NCBI RefSeq assembly: GCF_039541115.1
Contig: NZ_BAABFP010000005.1
Span: 620,001 to 684,000, forward strand
DNA from: Angustibacter luteus
GTDB taxonomy: Bacteria; Actinomycetota; Actinomycetes; Actinomycetales; Angustibacteraceae
Direction of reading: 5' to 3'
Length of the DNA: 64,000 nt
In this document: in pieces, positions 7,765 to 16,776 of the stretch
Layout: every line of letters begins with the position of its first letter
Position numbering within the stretch: the stretch's first letter is position 1
The notes under the pieces: model-generated
The model's database searches: none
Told to the model about the DNA's origin: nothing
What the model saw: the letters and a program-made list of their open reading frames with translations, nothing else
Made by a program: the position numbers and the translations under genes

Positions 7765-8883
7765 GTGGACGTCGAGACGCCGGCCCCGGAGGACCTGCTG
7801 GCTCGGCTGTCCACCCGCCTGGACGACGGCACCGCTGGCCCGCTGGCGGTCCTGGACCCGCGGTGGCCCGAGCCGCTGCGCCGGTCGGCCCGCGACCAGC
7901 TCGCCGCGGCGCGCGCGGCGGGGCGGCTGCACGAGGGCGACCTGGTCCTGTTCACCTCCGGCGCCACGGGCCGAGCGCGCGGTGTGGTGCGGACCGTCGA
8001 GTCGTGGCGGGCGAGCCTGGCCCCGCTGACGGACCTCACCGGCATCAGCGCGACGGACGACGTCTGGCTGCCACTCCCACTCTCGTCGTCGCTGTCGCTT
8101 TACGGCGGCCTGCACGCGGTCAGCGTGGGAGCAGCGGTCACCCGGACCAGGACGCTGCCGCCCGCCGCCACAGCCGCCCACCTGGTCCCGACCCTGCTCG
8201 ACGAGTCCTGCGCCCGGGCCGAGACCGGGACGCCGACCCGGCTGCGCACCGTGGTGGTCGCCGGTGCTGTCCTGTCCCCCGGTCTGCGGGCGCGGGCCGA
8301 GCGGCTGGGCTGGGACGTCGTGGAGTACTACGGCGCCGCGGAGCTCTCCTTCGTCGGCTGGCGCCGTGGCGGTGGACCGATGCACGACTTCCCCGGCGCC
8401 CGAACCCGGCTGGACGACGACGACCGACTCTGGGCCAGCTCGCCCTACCTGGCTCGCGGCTACCTGGACGCCGATCCCGGCGGTGCCCTCCAGCGGGACG
8501 GCGAGTGGGCCACCGTGGGCGACCTGGCCCGGCTCGACAGGGACGGCTGGCGCGTGCTGGGCCGCGGATCGGCTGCCGTCACCACCGGCGGGCACACCGT
8601 GCTGGTCGAGGACGTCGAAGCCGCCCTCGCCGCGCTGCCGGGGGTGCTCGACGTCGCGGTGACCGGGCAGCCGCACCCGCGGTTCGGGCAGGTCGTCACG
8701 GCCGTGCTGGTCGTCGAGGACGGCGTCCGCCGACGCGACCTGGCCGGGCGGCTCGGCGCGCTGCCCGCACCCGCCCGCCCGCGCCGGTGGCTGCGCGCGA
8801 CCACCATCGCGCGCACCGACACCGGCAAGATCCGGCGAGAAGAGATCGCCCGCTCGGCGGACGACCTGCCCCCTCTACCCTGA
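7765..8883 (+). CDS. Short AMP-binding enzyme (YhfT-like acyl-CoA ligase)
   Basis: FTSGATG P-loop, YYGAAE, VGD and C-terminal TGKI motifs. Confidence 0.8.
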   Translation: MDVETPAPEDLLARLSTRLDDGTAGPLAVLDPRWPEPLRRSARDQLAAARAAGRLHEGDLVLFTSGATGRARGVVRTVESWRASLAPLTDLTGISATDDVWLPLPLSSSLSLYGGLHAVSVGAAVTRTRTLPPAATAAHLVPTLLDESCARAETGTPTRLRTVVVAGAVLSPGLRARAERLGWDVVEYYGAAELSFVGWRRGGGPMHDFPGARTRLDDDDRLWASSPYLARGYLDADPGGALQRDGEWATVGDLARLDRDGWRVLGRGSAAVTTGGHTVLVEDVEAALAALPGVLDVAVTGQPHPRFGQVVTAVLVVEDGVRRRDLAGRLGALPAPARPRRWLRATTIARTDTGKIRREEIARSADDLPPLP

Positions 8884-8888
8884 GCCCG

Positions 8889-10085
8889 ATGCCTGCCACC
8901 GCTCGACTGCTCACCCCGGACCCGACAGATCCACGGACTCCCGTGGTCGTCGCGGCCCGGCGTACGCCGGTGGGCACGGCCGGGCGCTCCCTCGCCGCCG
9001 TGGACGTCGTCGGGCTGACGGCCCCGGTGCTGCGGGCACTCGCGGGCGACCTGGGCGACCTGGCCGGCCACCCGGACGTCGTGGACGAGGTCGTGCTGGG
9101 CAACTGCATGGGGCCGGGGGGCGACCCCGCGCGAGTCGCTGCACTGGCGGCCGGCCTCGGGCTCGCCGTCCCCGGGCTGACCGTGGACCGGCAGTGCGGC
9201 AGCGGCTTGGAGGCAATCAGCCTGGCGGCCCTGCACGTCGCCGCCGGCGACCGGCTGGTCCTGGCCGGAGGGGTGGAGAGCGCCAGCACCGCGCCGACCC
9301 GCCTGGCCCTGCAGCCGGACGGCAGCCGGGTCCCCTACGACCGGGCGCGGTTCTCGCCGGACGACATCGGTGACCCGGGCATGGGCGAGGCGGCCGACGC
9401 CCTGGCTCTGGCGCGCGGGGTCAGCCGGGAGCGGCAGGACGCGTACGCCGTCCGCTCGCACAGGCGGGCCCTTGGCGCGTCGGCTGCGGGCTGGTTCGAC
9501 GCCGAGCTGGTGCCGATCGGCGCGGTCGAGCGGGACGAGCGGCCCCGGGCCGGTCTCGACCCGACCCGGCTCGCCCGGTTCCGTCCCGCGTTCGGCCCCG
9601 ACGGCACCGCGACCGCCGGCAACTCCTGCGGGATCAGCGACGGCGCCGCGGCCGTCGCCGTGGTCGACGAGTCCACCCGGCGCGCCCTCGACCTGCCGGG
9701 GCTGGCGATCCGCGCGACCGCCTCGACCGGCGTCCACCCGGCGCTGCCCGGGCTCGGGCCGGTGCCCGCGGTCGAGGCCGTGCTCAAGGCGACGGGCCTC
9801 GACTGGGACGACATCGGCGCGCTCGAGGTCACCGAGGCCTTCGCCGCCCAGCTGCTGGCGTGCACCGACGAGTGGGGGCTGGACCCCCTGGGGGCGGACG
9901 CCGAGCGGGTCTGCCCCGAGGGCGGCGCGATCGCGCTCGGGCATCCCTGGGGAGCCAGCGGCGCCCTGCTCGTGGTGCGGTTGTTCAGCCAGCTGGTCCG
10001 CCGCGGCGGCCCGCGGTTCGGGCTGGCCGCCTGCGCGGTGGGTGGCGGCCAGGGCGTGGCGATGCTCGTGGAGCGGGTCGGATGA
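8889..10085 (+). CDS. Thiolase-family protein (YhfS-like)
   Basis: RTPVG, VDRQCGSG, GGVES, GHPWGASG and GGGQG motifs. Confidence 0.88.
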   Translation: MPATARLLTPDPTDPRTPVVVAARRTPVGTAGRSLAAVDVVGLTAPVLRALAGDLGDLAGHPDVVDEVVLGNCMGPGGDPARVAALAAGLGLAVPGLTVDRQCGSGLEAISLAALHVAAGDRLVLAGGVESASTAPTRLALQPDGSRVPYDRARFSPDDIGDPGMGEAADALALARGVSRERQDAYAVRSHRRALGASAAGWFDAELVPIGAVERDERPRAGLDPTRLARFRPAFGPDGTATAGNSCGISDGAAAVAVVDESTRRALDLPGLAIRATASTGVHPALPGLGPVPAVEAVLKATGLDWDDIGALEVTEAFAAQLLACTDEWGLDPLGADAERVCPEGGAIALGHPWGASGALLVVRLFSQLVRRGGPRFGLAACAVGGGQGVAMLVERVG

Positions 10086-10762
10086 TCCGGCTGGACGCGG
10101 TCAGCCACCGCTACGGCGACCACCCGGTGCTCGCCGACATCGACCTCGAGCTCGGTGAGCGGCGGATCGCGGTGATCGGGGCCAACGGGTCGGGCAAGTC
10201 CACCCTGGCCCGGCTGCTCAACGGGCTGGTCGTGCCGACGTCCGGGCGGGTCAGCGTGGACGGGCTGGACACCCGCCGCGACGGCGCCGCCGTCCGCCGC
10301 CGGGTCGGCTTCGTCTTCACCGACCCGGACGCCCAGATCGTGATGCCCACCGTCGGCGAGGACGTCGAGTTCTCGCTGCGTCGGCAGGGTCTGGACGCCG
10401 GACAGCGGGCCGAGCGGGTCGCCGACGTCCTGGCGCGGTTCGGCCTGGCCGGTCTGGCGGACCGTCCGGCGCACCTGCTGTCCGGCGGGCAGAAGCAGCT
10501 GCTGGCGCTGGCGGCCGTCCTGGTCACCGAGCCCGACGTGCTGGTCTGCGACGAGCCGACCACCCTGCTGGACCTGCGCAACGCGGCCCGGATCGCCGCG
10601 ATGCTCGCCGCACTCCCCCAGCAGGTCGTGCTGGTGACCCACCAGCTCGACCTGGTCCTGGACTACGAGCGGGTGCTCGTGGTGGACGAGGGACGGATCG
10701 CCTACGACGGTGCCGGGAGCGAGGCCGTCGAGCGGTACCGGGCGCTGGTCGGCGCGTCGTGA
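10082..10762 (+). CDS. bioM: ECF transporter ATPase (BioM-like)
   Basis: GANGSGKS, LSGGQKQ and DEPT motifs; ATGA overlap with thiolase. Confidence 0.82.
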   Translation: MIRLDAVSHRYGDHPVLADIDLELGERRIAVIGANGSGKSTLARLLNGLVVPTSGRVSVDGLDTRRDGAAVRRRVGFVFTDPDAQIVMPTVGEDVEFSLRRQGLDAGQRAERVADVLARFGLAGLADRPAHLLSGGQKQLLALAAVLVTEPDVLVCDEPTTLLDLRNAARIAAMLAALPQQVVLVTHQLDLVLDYERVLVVDEGRIAYDGAGSEAVERYRALVGAS

Positions 10763-11355
10763 TCGGGCTCTACCGTCCCGGCACGTCGCTGCTGCACCGC
10801 TGCCCGCCGGGCCTGAAGCTGCTCATGCTGCTGGTCGGGACGACGGCCCTGGTGGCCGTCCGCTCGGTCACCGCGGTCCTGGTGGGGGCGGTGGTGGTGC
10901 TGGTCGGCTACGCCGTCGCCGGCTGGGGGCCGCGCGTCGTCGCGGCGCAGGCCTGGCCGCTGCGCTGGTTCGTCGTCTTCCTGGTGCCGTTCCAGTGGTG
11001 GTCCGGCGGCTGGCCGGCCGTCGTGGTCGTCGTGGGCACCCTGCTGGTCACCGTCGCGGGCGCCGCCCTGGTGACCCTCTCGACGCGGGTGACCCAGATG
11101 CTCGACGTCGTGGTGACGCTGCTGGGGCCGCTGCGCCGCTTCGGGGTCGACCCGGACCGCGTCGGCCTCGTCTTCGCGCTGACCGTCCGGGCGGTCCCGG
11201 TGCTGGCCGGGACGTACGCCCAGTCCCGCGACGCCCGGCGGGCCCGCGGCCTGGAACGCAGCCCGCGTGCCTTGCTGGTGCCGCTGGTGCTGCGCACCCT
11301 GCGGCACGCCGACCAGCTCGGCGAGGCCCTGGCCGCCCGCGGCGTGGACGACTGA
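10759..11355 (+). CDS. bioN: ECF transporter T component (BioN/CbiQ-like)
   Basis: YRPGTSLLHR N-terminus; two ARG motifs (RRARG, LAARG); hydrophobic. Confidence 0.82.
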   Translation: MIGLYRPGTSLLHRCPPGLKLLMLLVGTTALVAVRSVTAVLVGAVVVLVGYAVAGWGPRVVAAQAWPLRWFVVFLVPFQWWSGGWPAVVVVVGTLLVTVAGAALVTLSTRVTQMLDVVVTLLGPLRRFGVDPDRVGLVFALTVRAVPVLAGTYAQSRDARRARGLERSPRALLVPLVLRTLRHADQLGEALAARGVDD

Positions 11356-11386
11356 CGCCCCGCCGGACCAGGACCGCCGGGTCAGC

Positions 11387-12247
11387 TCAGGAGAGCACGT
11401 CCCGGGTTGTGAACCGCGCCCAGGCCGCGGCACCGAAGACGACGACGTAGGCGAGCTGCAGGGCCAGACCTCGGCCCATCACGCTCAGGTCGACGGGTTC
11501 GCGCAGCAGGTCACCGAACGCCAGCCAGTAGTGCGTGGGCAACCACGGGTGGATGGCGGACACCTGTGGGATGGCGTCCAGGATCTGGCTGGTGATGGCC
11601 AGTCCGACCGTGCTGGCCATGGCCGCGATCGGCACGTCCGTCATGGTCGACACGAACACGCCGATCGCGCTGAGACCGGCCAGCGAGAGCCCCACGTAGA
11701 CGGCCACGCCGACACCACGCCAGAGCGCCTCCCCAGCGCTGATCGTGCCGCCGGACAGCAGCGGCACGTCGTGCAGCGGGAACAGCGCCGCGCCGACCAC
11801 CCACGCCGTCACCGCCACCGTGAACGCGGCGACCAGGCAGAAGATCAGCACCGACACCAGCTTGACCAGGGTGAGCCGGGTGCGCCCGGCGGGGGCGACG
11901 AGCAGGTAGCGCAGGGTGCCCTGCTGCGCCTCGCCGGCGATGCTGTCGCCCGCGACCACCCCGATCGCCAGCGGCAGGAACAGCGGCAGCTCCACGGTCA
12001 GCGCGGTGAACGCGATGAACAGCCCGTTCTGGGTGACGTCGGACAGGAACGGCGGGCCCTCGCCCGGGTTGTCGGGACCACCGAAGGTCCGCACGACGAC
12101 GGCGATCAGCACGGGCACGGCGGCGAGCACCACCAGTCCGGCCCGGATCCGCAGGCGCCCCAGCAGCAGCCCGAGCTCGCTGCCGAGCAGCCTCAGGGCG
12201 GGTGCGCCGGCCGACCCCGGCCGGGACGGTGCCTCACTCCGCGACAT
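11387..12247 (-). CDS. ABC transporter permease (ABC-2 type)
   Basis: About 6 TM segments; GDSIAGEAQQGTLRYLL motif. Confidence 0.85.
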   Translation of the reverse strand: MSRSEAPSRPGSAGAPALRLLGSELGLLLGRLRIRAGLVVLAAVPVLIAVVVRTFGGPDNPGEGPPFLSDVTQNGLFIAFTALTVELPLFLPLAIGVVAGDSIAGEAQQGTLRYLLVAPAGRTRLTLVKLVSVLIFCLVAAFTVAVTAWVVGAALFPLHDVPLLSGGTISAGEALWRGVGVAVYVGLSLAGLSAIGVFVSTMTDVPIAAMASTVGLAITSQILDAIPQVSAIHPWLPTHYWLAFGDLLREPVDLSVMGRGLALQLAYVVVFGAAAWARFTTRDVLS

Positions 12248-13163
12248 CGAAGCCCTCACCGGTCAGCGCCACGAACGCCTCCTCCAGGGACGGCCGCTCG
12301 ACGGCCAGACCCCGCACCCGGACCCCGTCGCGGACCAGGGCGGCGCACGCCACGTCCGGCTCGACGTCGCCGACGGCCGCACTGACCGTGCCGTCCTGGG
12401 CGAGGACGTCCGTGAACCCCAGACCGCTGAGCGTGGTCGCGGCCAACGGGCCGTCGGGCGTGCTGACCACCAGGCGGCTGCTCAGTGACCCACGCAGCGC
12501 CGACACCTCGCCGTCCGCGACGAGTCGGCCGCGGGACAGCACGGCGGCGTGGGTGCAGATCTGCTCCACCTCGGCGAGGAGGTGACTGGACACGAAGACG
12601 GTGGTGCCCTCGTCGGCCAGCTCGCGGATCAGGTGGCGCACCTCGCGGGTGCCCTGCGGGTCCAGGCCGTTGGTCGGCTCGTCGAGGACGAGCAGGTCAC
12701 GCGGTCGCAGCAGGGCCGCCGCGATGCCGAGGCGCTGCCGCATCCCCAGCGAGTAGGCGCGGTAGCGCTTGCCGGACGCCGCGGCGAGCCCCACCCGGTC
12801 CAGCGCGTGGTCGATCCGGGCGGACCTGGTGCGCCGCACCGACGTCGGGTCCGCGGCGTCCAGGCGGGCGAGGTTCTCCTGCCCGGTCAGGAACGGGTAG
12901 CAGGCCGGTCCCTCGATCAGCGCGCCCACGCGCGGCAGCGCCGATGCCGAGGCCGCCGGCATGGCGTCGCCGAACAGCTCAACCGCCCCGGACGTCGGGG
13001 ACGCCAGCCCCAGCACCATCCGGATCGTCGTGGTCTTGCCGGAGCCGTTCGGGCCGAGGAACCCGTAGACCGAGCCCTCGGGCACGTCGAGGTCGAGGTG
13101 GTCGACCGCAACCTGCCCGCCCCGGAAGCGCTTGGTCAACGCCCGGGTGCGGATTGTGCTCAA
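12234..13163 (-). CDS. ABC transporter ATP-binding protein
   Basis: GPNGSGKTT, YSLGMRQR and LDEPTNGLDP motifs. Confidence 0.92.
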   Translation of the reverse strand: MSTIRTRALTKRFRGGQVAVDHLDLDVPEGSVYGFLGPNGSGKTTTIRMVLGLASPTSGAVELFGDAMPAASASALPRVGALIEGPACYPFLTGQENLARLDAADPTSVRRTRSARIDHALDRVGLAAASGKRYRAYSLGMRQRLGIAAALLRPRDLLVLDEPTNGLDPQGTREVRHLIRELADEGTTVFVSSHLLAEVEQICTHAAVLSRGRLVADGEVSALRGSLSSRLVVSTPDGPLAATTLSGLGFTDVLAQDGTVSAAVGDVEPDVACAALVRDGVRVRGLAVERPSLEEAFVALTGEGFDVAE

Positions 13164-14287
13164 CGCACCGGCGTCGCGCTGGTGGGGGTCGCACCGGCCA
13201 CCCGGATCAGCTCGGCGGGGGTGACGGCGCCGACGAAGACCCGACCGTCCTCGGTCTGCAGGACGCTGACCAGACGGGTGCTGAGCAGCTTGCCGGTGCC
13301 GAAGTCGCCGTGCACGGTGCGGGCTGCTGCGAGCAGTGCCCGGCTGAGCCCGGTGGCGTCGCCTGACGCCGAGTCCTGGACGGCGCTCGCGGCGGGCAGC
13401 GCCGAGGTCACCAGGACCGTCGTCCAGCCCTGGCCGACGGTGGTCCCCGTCGGAGCGTCTGTCGGACGCACCTGCTGCTGCCGGTCAGCCGACCGCTGGG
13501 GCACCGTCACCGTCCGGACCGTCGAGCCCGGGGGCGGGGTGAACCGGAACGTGGACGCGGCCGGGGCGTGCAGGCTGAGCGAGGTGAATCCGATGTCCAC
13601 GGCCGGTTCGGTGCTGCCCCGCGGGGTGACCACCGTGCGCAGCGCGAGCCCGGTCGCGGCGTCCACGTAGAGGTCGACGGACCCGACCAGCGAGGCGCTC
13701 TCGCGTGGCACGAGTCGCAGGTCGTACGCCGGTCGGCCGGCGACCTTCGCGGACCGCCCGACGGAGACGTCGGTGGTCGGGGTGATCGCCTGGAGCGCCT
13801 GGTCGGCTGCCTCCTGCGGGGTCAACGGGGTCGAGGACGCCGCCGACCCTGAGGACTTCTGGGCGGCGCCGGCCGTCGTTGGCAGGGTGGCCTTGGTGAC
13901 CTCCCGGGTCTGGCTCGCCCAGGTCCAGACGGTGCGCTCGTCGTGCACGATGCTGGCCTGGGTCAGCGACCCGAGCAGGTCCACCCGCTGGCGCTCCGGA
14001 CCGTCCGCGAAGACCCGCAGCGTCTGGGTGCCCGCGACCAGCGACGACCAGTCGGCGCCCCCCTGGCCCGGGAGCGCAGGCAGCCCCAGCTTGGCCGTCG
14101 AGCGCACGGTGCCGGACAACGCGTCGACCTTCGCCTGCTGCGCCTTCACCAACAGCTCGCTGGCGGTGAGGGTGGGCAGGCCGGACGACGTCGAGGACGC
14201 CCAGGCCGACAGCTGGACGCCGCCGACGACGACTCCGGCCGCGACGACCGGTACGGCCCAGCGGGCATGACGCGAAAGGGGTCTCAC
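13160..14287 (-). CDS. Membrane-anchored LolA/RseB-like (DUF2092-type) extracytoplasmic protein
   Basis: RWAVP + TM segment; TLRVFADGPERQRV, VAGRPAYDLRLVP and FRFTPPPGSTV motifs; GTG 14287 after GGAGGG. Confidence 0.7.
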   Translation of the reverse strand: MRPLSRHARWAVPVVAAGVVVGGVQLSAWASSTSSGLPTLTASELLVKAQQAKVDALSGTVRSTAKLGLPALPGQGGADWSSLVAGTQTLRVFADGPERQRVDLLGSLTQASIVHDERTVWTWASQTREVTKATLPTTAGAAQKSSGSAASSTPLTPQEAADQALQAITPTTDVSVGRSAKVAGRPAYDLRLVPRESASLVGSVDLYVDAATGLALRTVVTPRGSTEPAVDIGFTSLSLHAPAASTFRFTPPPGSTVRTVTVPQRSADRQQQVRPTDAPTGTTVGQGWTTVLVTSALPAASAVQDSASGDATGLSRALLAAARTVHGDFGTGKLLSTRLVSVLQTEDGRVFVGAVTPAELIRVAGATPTSATPVR

Positions 14288-14351
14288 CCCTCCACTGTCA
14301 GCCAGCCCGGCCCGGATCACAACCCGTGCGGTCGTGAAGGTCCTGCAAGCA

Positions 14352-14702
14352 TCAGATGCCGAGCAGCTTGGCCTTGGCCGCCGAGAACTCCTCGTCGGTC
14401 AGCAGGCCCTGGGCGTGCAGCTCACCCAGCTGCTTCAGCTTGGCCATCGGGTCCTCGGCCGGCGGAGCCGCGGCTGGCGGCGGCGCGTACTGCTGCTGGG
14501 CCTGCATCTGCGCGGCCGCCTGGGCCGCGGCCTGGTCGACCAGCTCCTGCTGCTGCTCGGCAGCGGCCATCTGCTGGTCCTGGGCCTTGCCGGCCTGCCG
14601 TCGCTGCACGCTGCCCGAGACCGCGGTGGCCGTTCCGGCCACGACCGCGGTCCGGGCCGCCATGCCCAGCAGGCCCGGTCGTCCCACTCGTCGTCGCATC
14701 AT
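14352..14702 (-). CDS. SHOCT domain-containing protein
   Basis: ARTAVVAGTATAV N-terminus; C-terminal LKQLGELHAQGLLTDEEFSAAKAKLL. Confidence 0.85.
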   Translation of the reverse strand: MMRRRVGRPGLLGMAARTAVVAGTATAVSGSVQRRQAGKAQDQQMAAAEQQQELVDQAAAQAAAQMQAQQQYAPPPAAAPPAEDPMAKLKQLGELHAQGLLTDEEFSAAKAKLLGI

Positions 14703-14704
14703 GT

Positions 14705-15154
14705 CTAGGCCTCTGCTTCTTCCAGGGCTGCGATCGCTCGCAGCACGTCGACGAGGGGTACCCGCTCCAGCGCGACGACGACCCCACCGGAGTCGCGGAT
14801 CGCGGTGGCCAGCTTGGCGGCCCACGAGTTCTCCCACACGATGACCAGAGCACCCTGGCCCGGCTCCAGGGCGCCGGCGATCTCCAGGATCTCCTCGTCG
14901 TTGAGCAGGTCGAAGTGCTCGTCCTGGGCGATCTCGCCGAACGCGTCGTACACGTCCGAGTCCTCGATCTCGATGATCGCGGTGCTGCCGTCGTCGGCCC
15001 GCACCACGAAGGCGAGGTCGATGATGCGCACCGTGCCGCTTCGCTGCAGCTCGGCGAGGGCTGGGGCGACCTGACCGTTCAGGCCGTCGGTCTCGAAGGC
15101 GATGACCGCCACGTCGACCGGGCCGATCGACGTCACATCCAAGGTGCTGGGCAT
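14705..15154 (-). CDS. DUF6325/DUF1269-like hypothetical protein
   Basis: GPVDVAVIAF, GTVRIIDLAFV and VWENSWAAKL motifs; this family is usually paired with SHOCT proteins. Confidence 0.75.
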   Translation of the reverse strand: MPSTLDVTSIGPVDVAVIAFETDGLNGQVAPALAELQRSGTVRIIDLAFVVRADDGSTAIIEIEDSDVYDAFGEIAQDEHFDLLNDEEILEIAGALEPGQGALVIVWENSWAAKLATAIRDSGGVVVALERVPLVDVLRAIAALEEAEA

Positions 15155-15249
15155 TGCTGGACCTCCATCGGTCAGGCGTTGCCCTGACTCTGCTTCTCCG
15201 GTGGCCGGTCCGGCATCACCCGCCACGGGTGATGCCGCACGGCGACGTC

Positions 15250-15747
15250 TCAGACCCCCTCGGACAGCACGAAGACGCCGATCTCGCGGTGCGCCGCGCG
15301 CTGCTGGTACTGCGTCCAACCGGGGTAGATCGACACGGCCTCGTCCCACAGCCGCGCCCGCTCGTCCCCCGAGGTCAGCCGGGCGGTCACGGCGCGCGTC
15401 TGGCCGCGGATCTCCAGCTCGGCCTGCGGGTGGGCGAGCAGGTTGTAGTACCAGGCTGGGTGCGCGTGCTGGGCGAAGTTCGAGGCGACGACGACGAATC
15501 CCGACGGGGTGGGGAAGCCGCACAACGGCACCTGCCGGGGCAGGCCGCTGCGGGCGCCGCGAGTGGTCAGCTCGGCGACGTCCATGCCGGTCACCAGGCT
15601 GGTGAGGGTGGCCCGCCCCTTGGTGAGCCGCCCCACGTGCGGGTCGACGTGGTGCACCGTCCGGGCGAGCAGCCAGCTGACTGGCGCGAGCGCGACGAGG
15701 CGTCGGGTGACCCGGTAGAAGGCGTTGGTGTGGCGGTAGTCCTGCAC
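15250..15747 (-). CDS. F420-dependent (DDN-family) nitroreductase/oxidoreductase
   Basis: LTTRGARSGLPR, VASNF, HPAWYYNLLAHP and YQQRAAHREI motifs; start approximate. Confidence 0.85.
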   Translation of the reverse strand: MQDYRHTNAFYRVTRRLVALAPVSWLLARTVHHVDPHVGRLTKGRATLTSLVTGMDVAELTTRGARSGLPRQVPLCGFPTPSGFVVVASNFAQHAHPAWYYNLLAHPQAELEIRGQTRAVTARLTSGDERARLWDEAVSIYPGWTQYQQRAAHREIGVFVLSEGV

Positions 15748-15772
15748 GCGGTCGAGTGTGGCAGCCCAGCGC

Positions 15773-16432
15773 TCAGGCGTTGTGCACCTGGATCTGCACG
15801 GCAACCGCGCGTTGCGCGGACTGGCGCAGGACGTCGTCGCGCGGGTCGGGGACGTCGAGGTGCCGCAGCCGCGGCAGGGCCGCGAGCTTGGCCAGGCGCC
15901 GGTCCTCGAGCAGCCGGTCCACCATGGTGCGGTCCCCGCCCGTCACCACGACGGCGCCGGACGGCGGTTCCCGGCCGTCCTCGCCGAGCACCACCCGCAC
16001 CGCGGTCGCGGCCGCGGTGTCGACCAGCCCCGCTGCCTGGTTGTCCCGGCGGCGGGCGAAGCGGTGCTGGGACCAGCCACCGGCGGCCGTGCGCGACTGC
16101 ACGTAACGGGTGCCGACCTTGGACGCCGCCAGCGCGCCGCCCTGGAGCACACCGACCCCGTAGCCGCCGCGACGCAGCAGCAGGAGCACGACCGTGTGGT
16201 CCTGCTCGATGTGCGCCAGGAAGTCGTCCGGCAACGCGTCGGCCGAGCCGGAGAACGGCACCAGCGACGCACACCGCGCGGTCGAGCCGTCCATGCCCAA
16301 GAGGTCGAGCGCGCCGTCCGTGACGGTGAACGTCGACCGGCCGTGACTCTCCTCGAAGCCGGTGATCCACCGGCGCAAGCGCGCCGGCGAGACCTCGACG
16401 AGGCGCTCACCGGGCGGCAGGCTCTGGTTCAG
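15773..16432 (-). CDS. acVLRF1 (Vms1-like) peptidyl-tRNA hydrolase / release factor
   Basis: LLRRGGYGVG and YVQSRTAAGGWSQHRFARRRDNQ motifs; start uncertain, CTG at 16432 proposed. Confidence 0.82.
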   Translation of the reverse strand: MNQSLPPGERLVEVSPARLRRWITGFEESHGRSTFTVTDGALDLLGMDGSTARCASLVPFSGSADALPDDFLAHIEQDHTVVLLLLRRGGYGVGVLQGGALAASKVGTRYVQSRTAAGGWSQHRFARRRDNQAAGLVDTAAATAVRVVLGEDGREPPSGAVVVTGGDRTMVDRLLEDRRLAKLAALPRLRHLDVPDPRDDVLRQSAQRAVAVQIQVHNA

Positions 16433-16776
16433 AGGTTGAAGCCCAGCGCGCGGAGCTGCTCCCGGCCGTCGTCCGTGATCTTGTCCGGGCCCCACGGCGG
16501 CATCCAGACCCAGTTGATCCGGTAACCGCTGGTCAGGCCCTCGAGCGCCTGGGCGGTCTGGTCCTCGATGACGTCGGTCAGCGGGCAGGCCGCGCTGGTC
16601 AGGGTCATGTCGATGACGGTGTGGGCGTGCTGGTCGACGGTGACCCCGTAGACGAGGCCGAGGTCGACCACGTTGATGCCGAGCTCGGGGTCGACGACGT
16701 CGTGCAGGGCCTCCTCGACGTCCGCCACCGTGGGCGGCAGGGCGCCGGCCGGGCTGTCGGTCGTGGTGTCGGTCAT
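16429..16776 (-). CDS. sufT: Metal-sulfur cluster assembly factor (SufT/DUF59)
   Basis: VVDPELGINVVDLGLVY, MTLTSAACPL and WMPPW motifs. Confidence 0.9.
   Translation of the reverse strand: MTDTTTDSPAGALPPTVADVEEALHDVVDPELGINVVDLGLVYGVTVDQHAHTVIDMTLTSAACPLTDVIEDQTAQALEGLTSGYRINWVWMPPWGPDKITDDGREQLRALGFNL

Noticed and set aside
7719..10085. 788-aa ORF as a ligase-thiolase fusion; likewise extended ORFs for pgk, sufU, uvrB and pgl
   Set aside because: The N-terminal extensions are out-of-frame readings of the upstream gene; real starts are at 8889, 39195, 17267, 54522 and 35616
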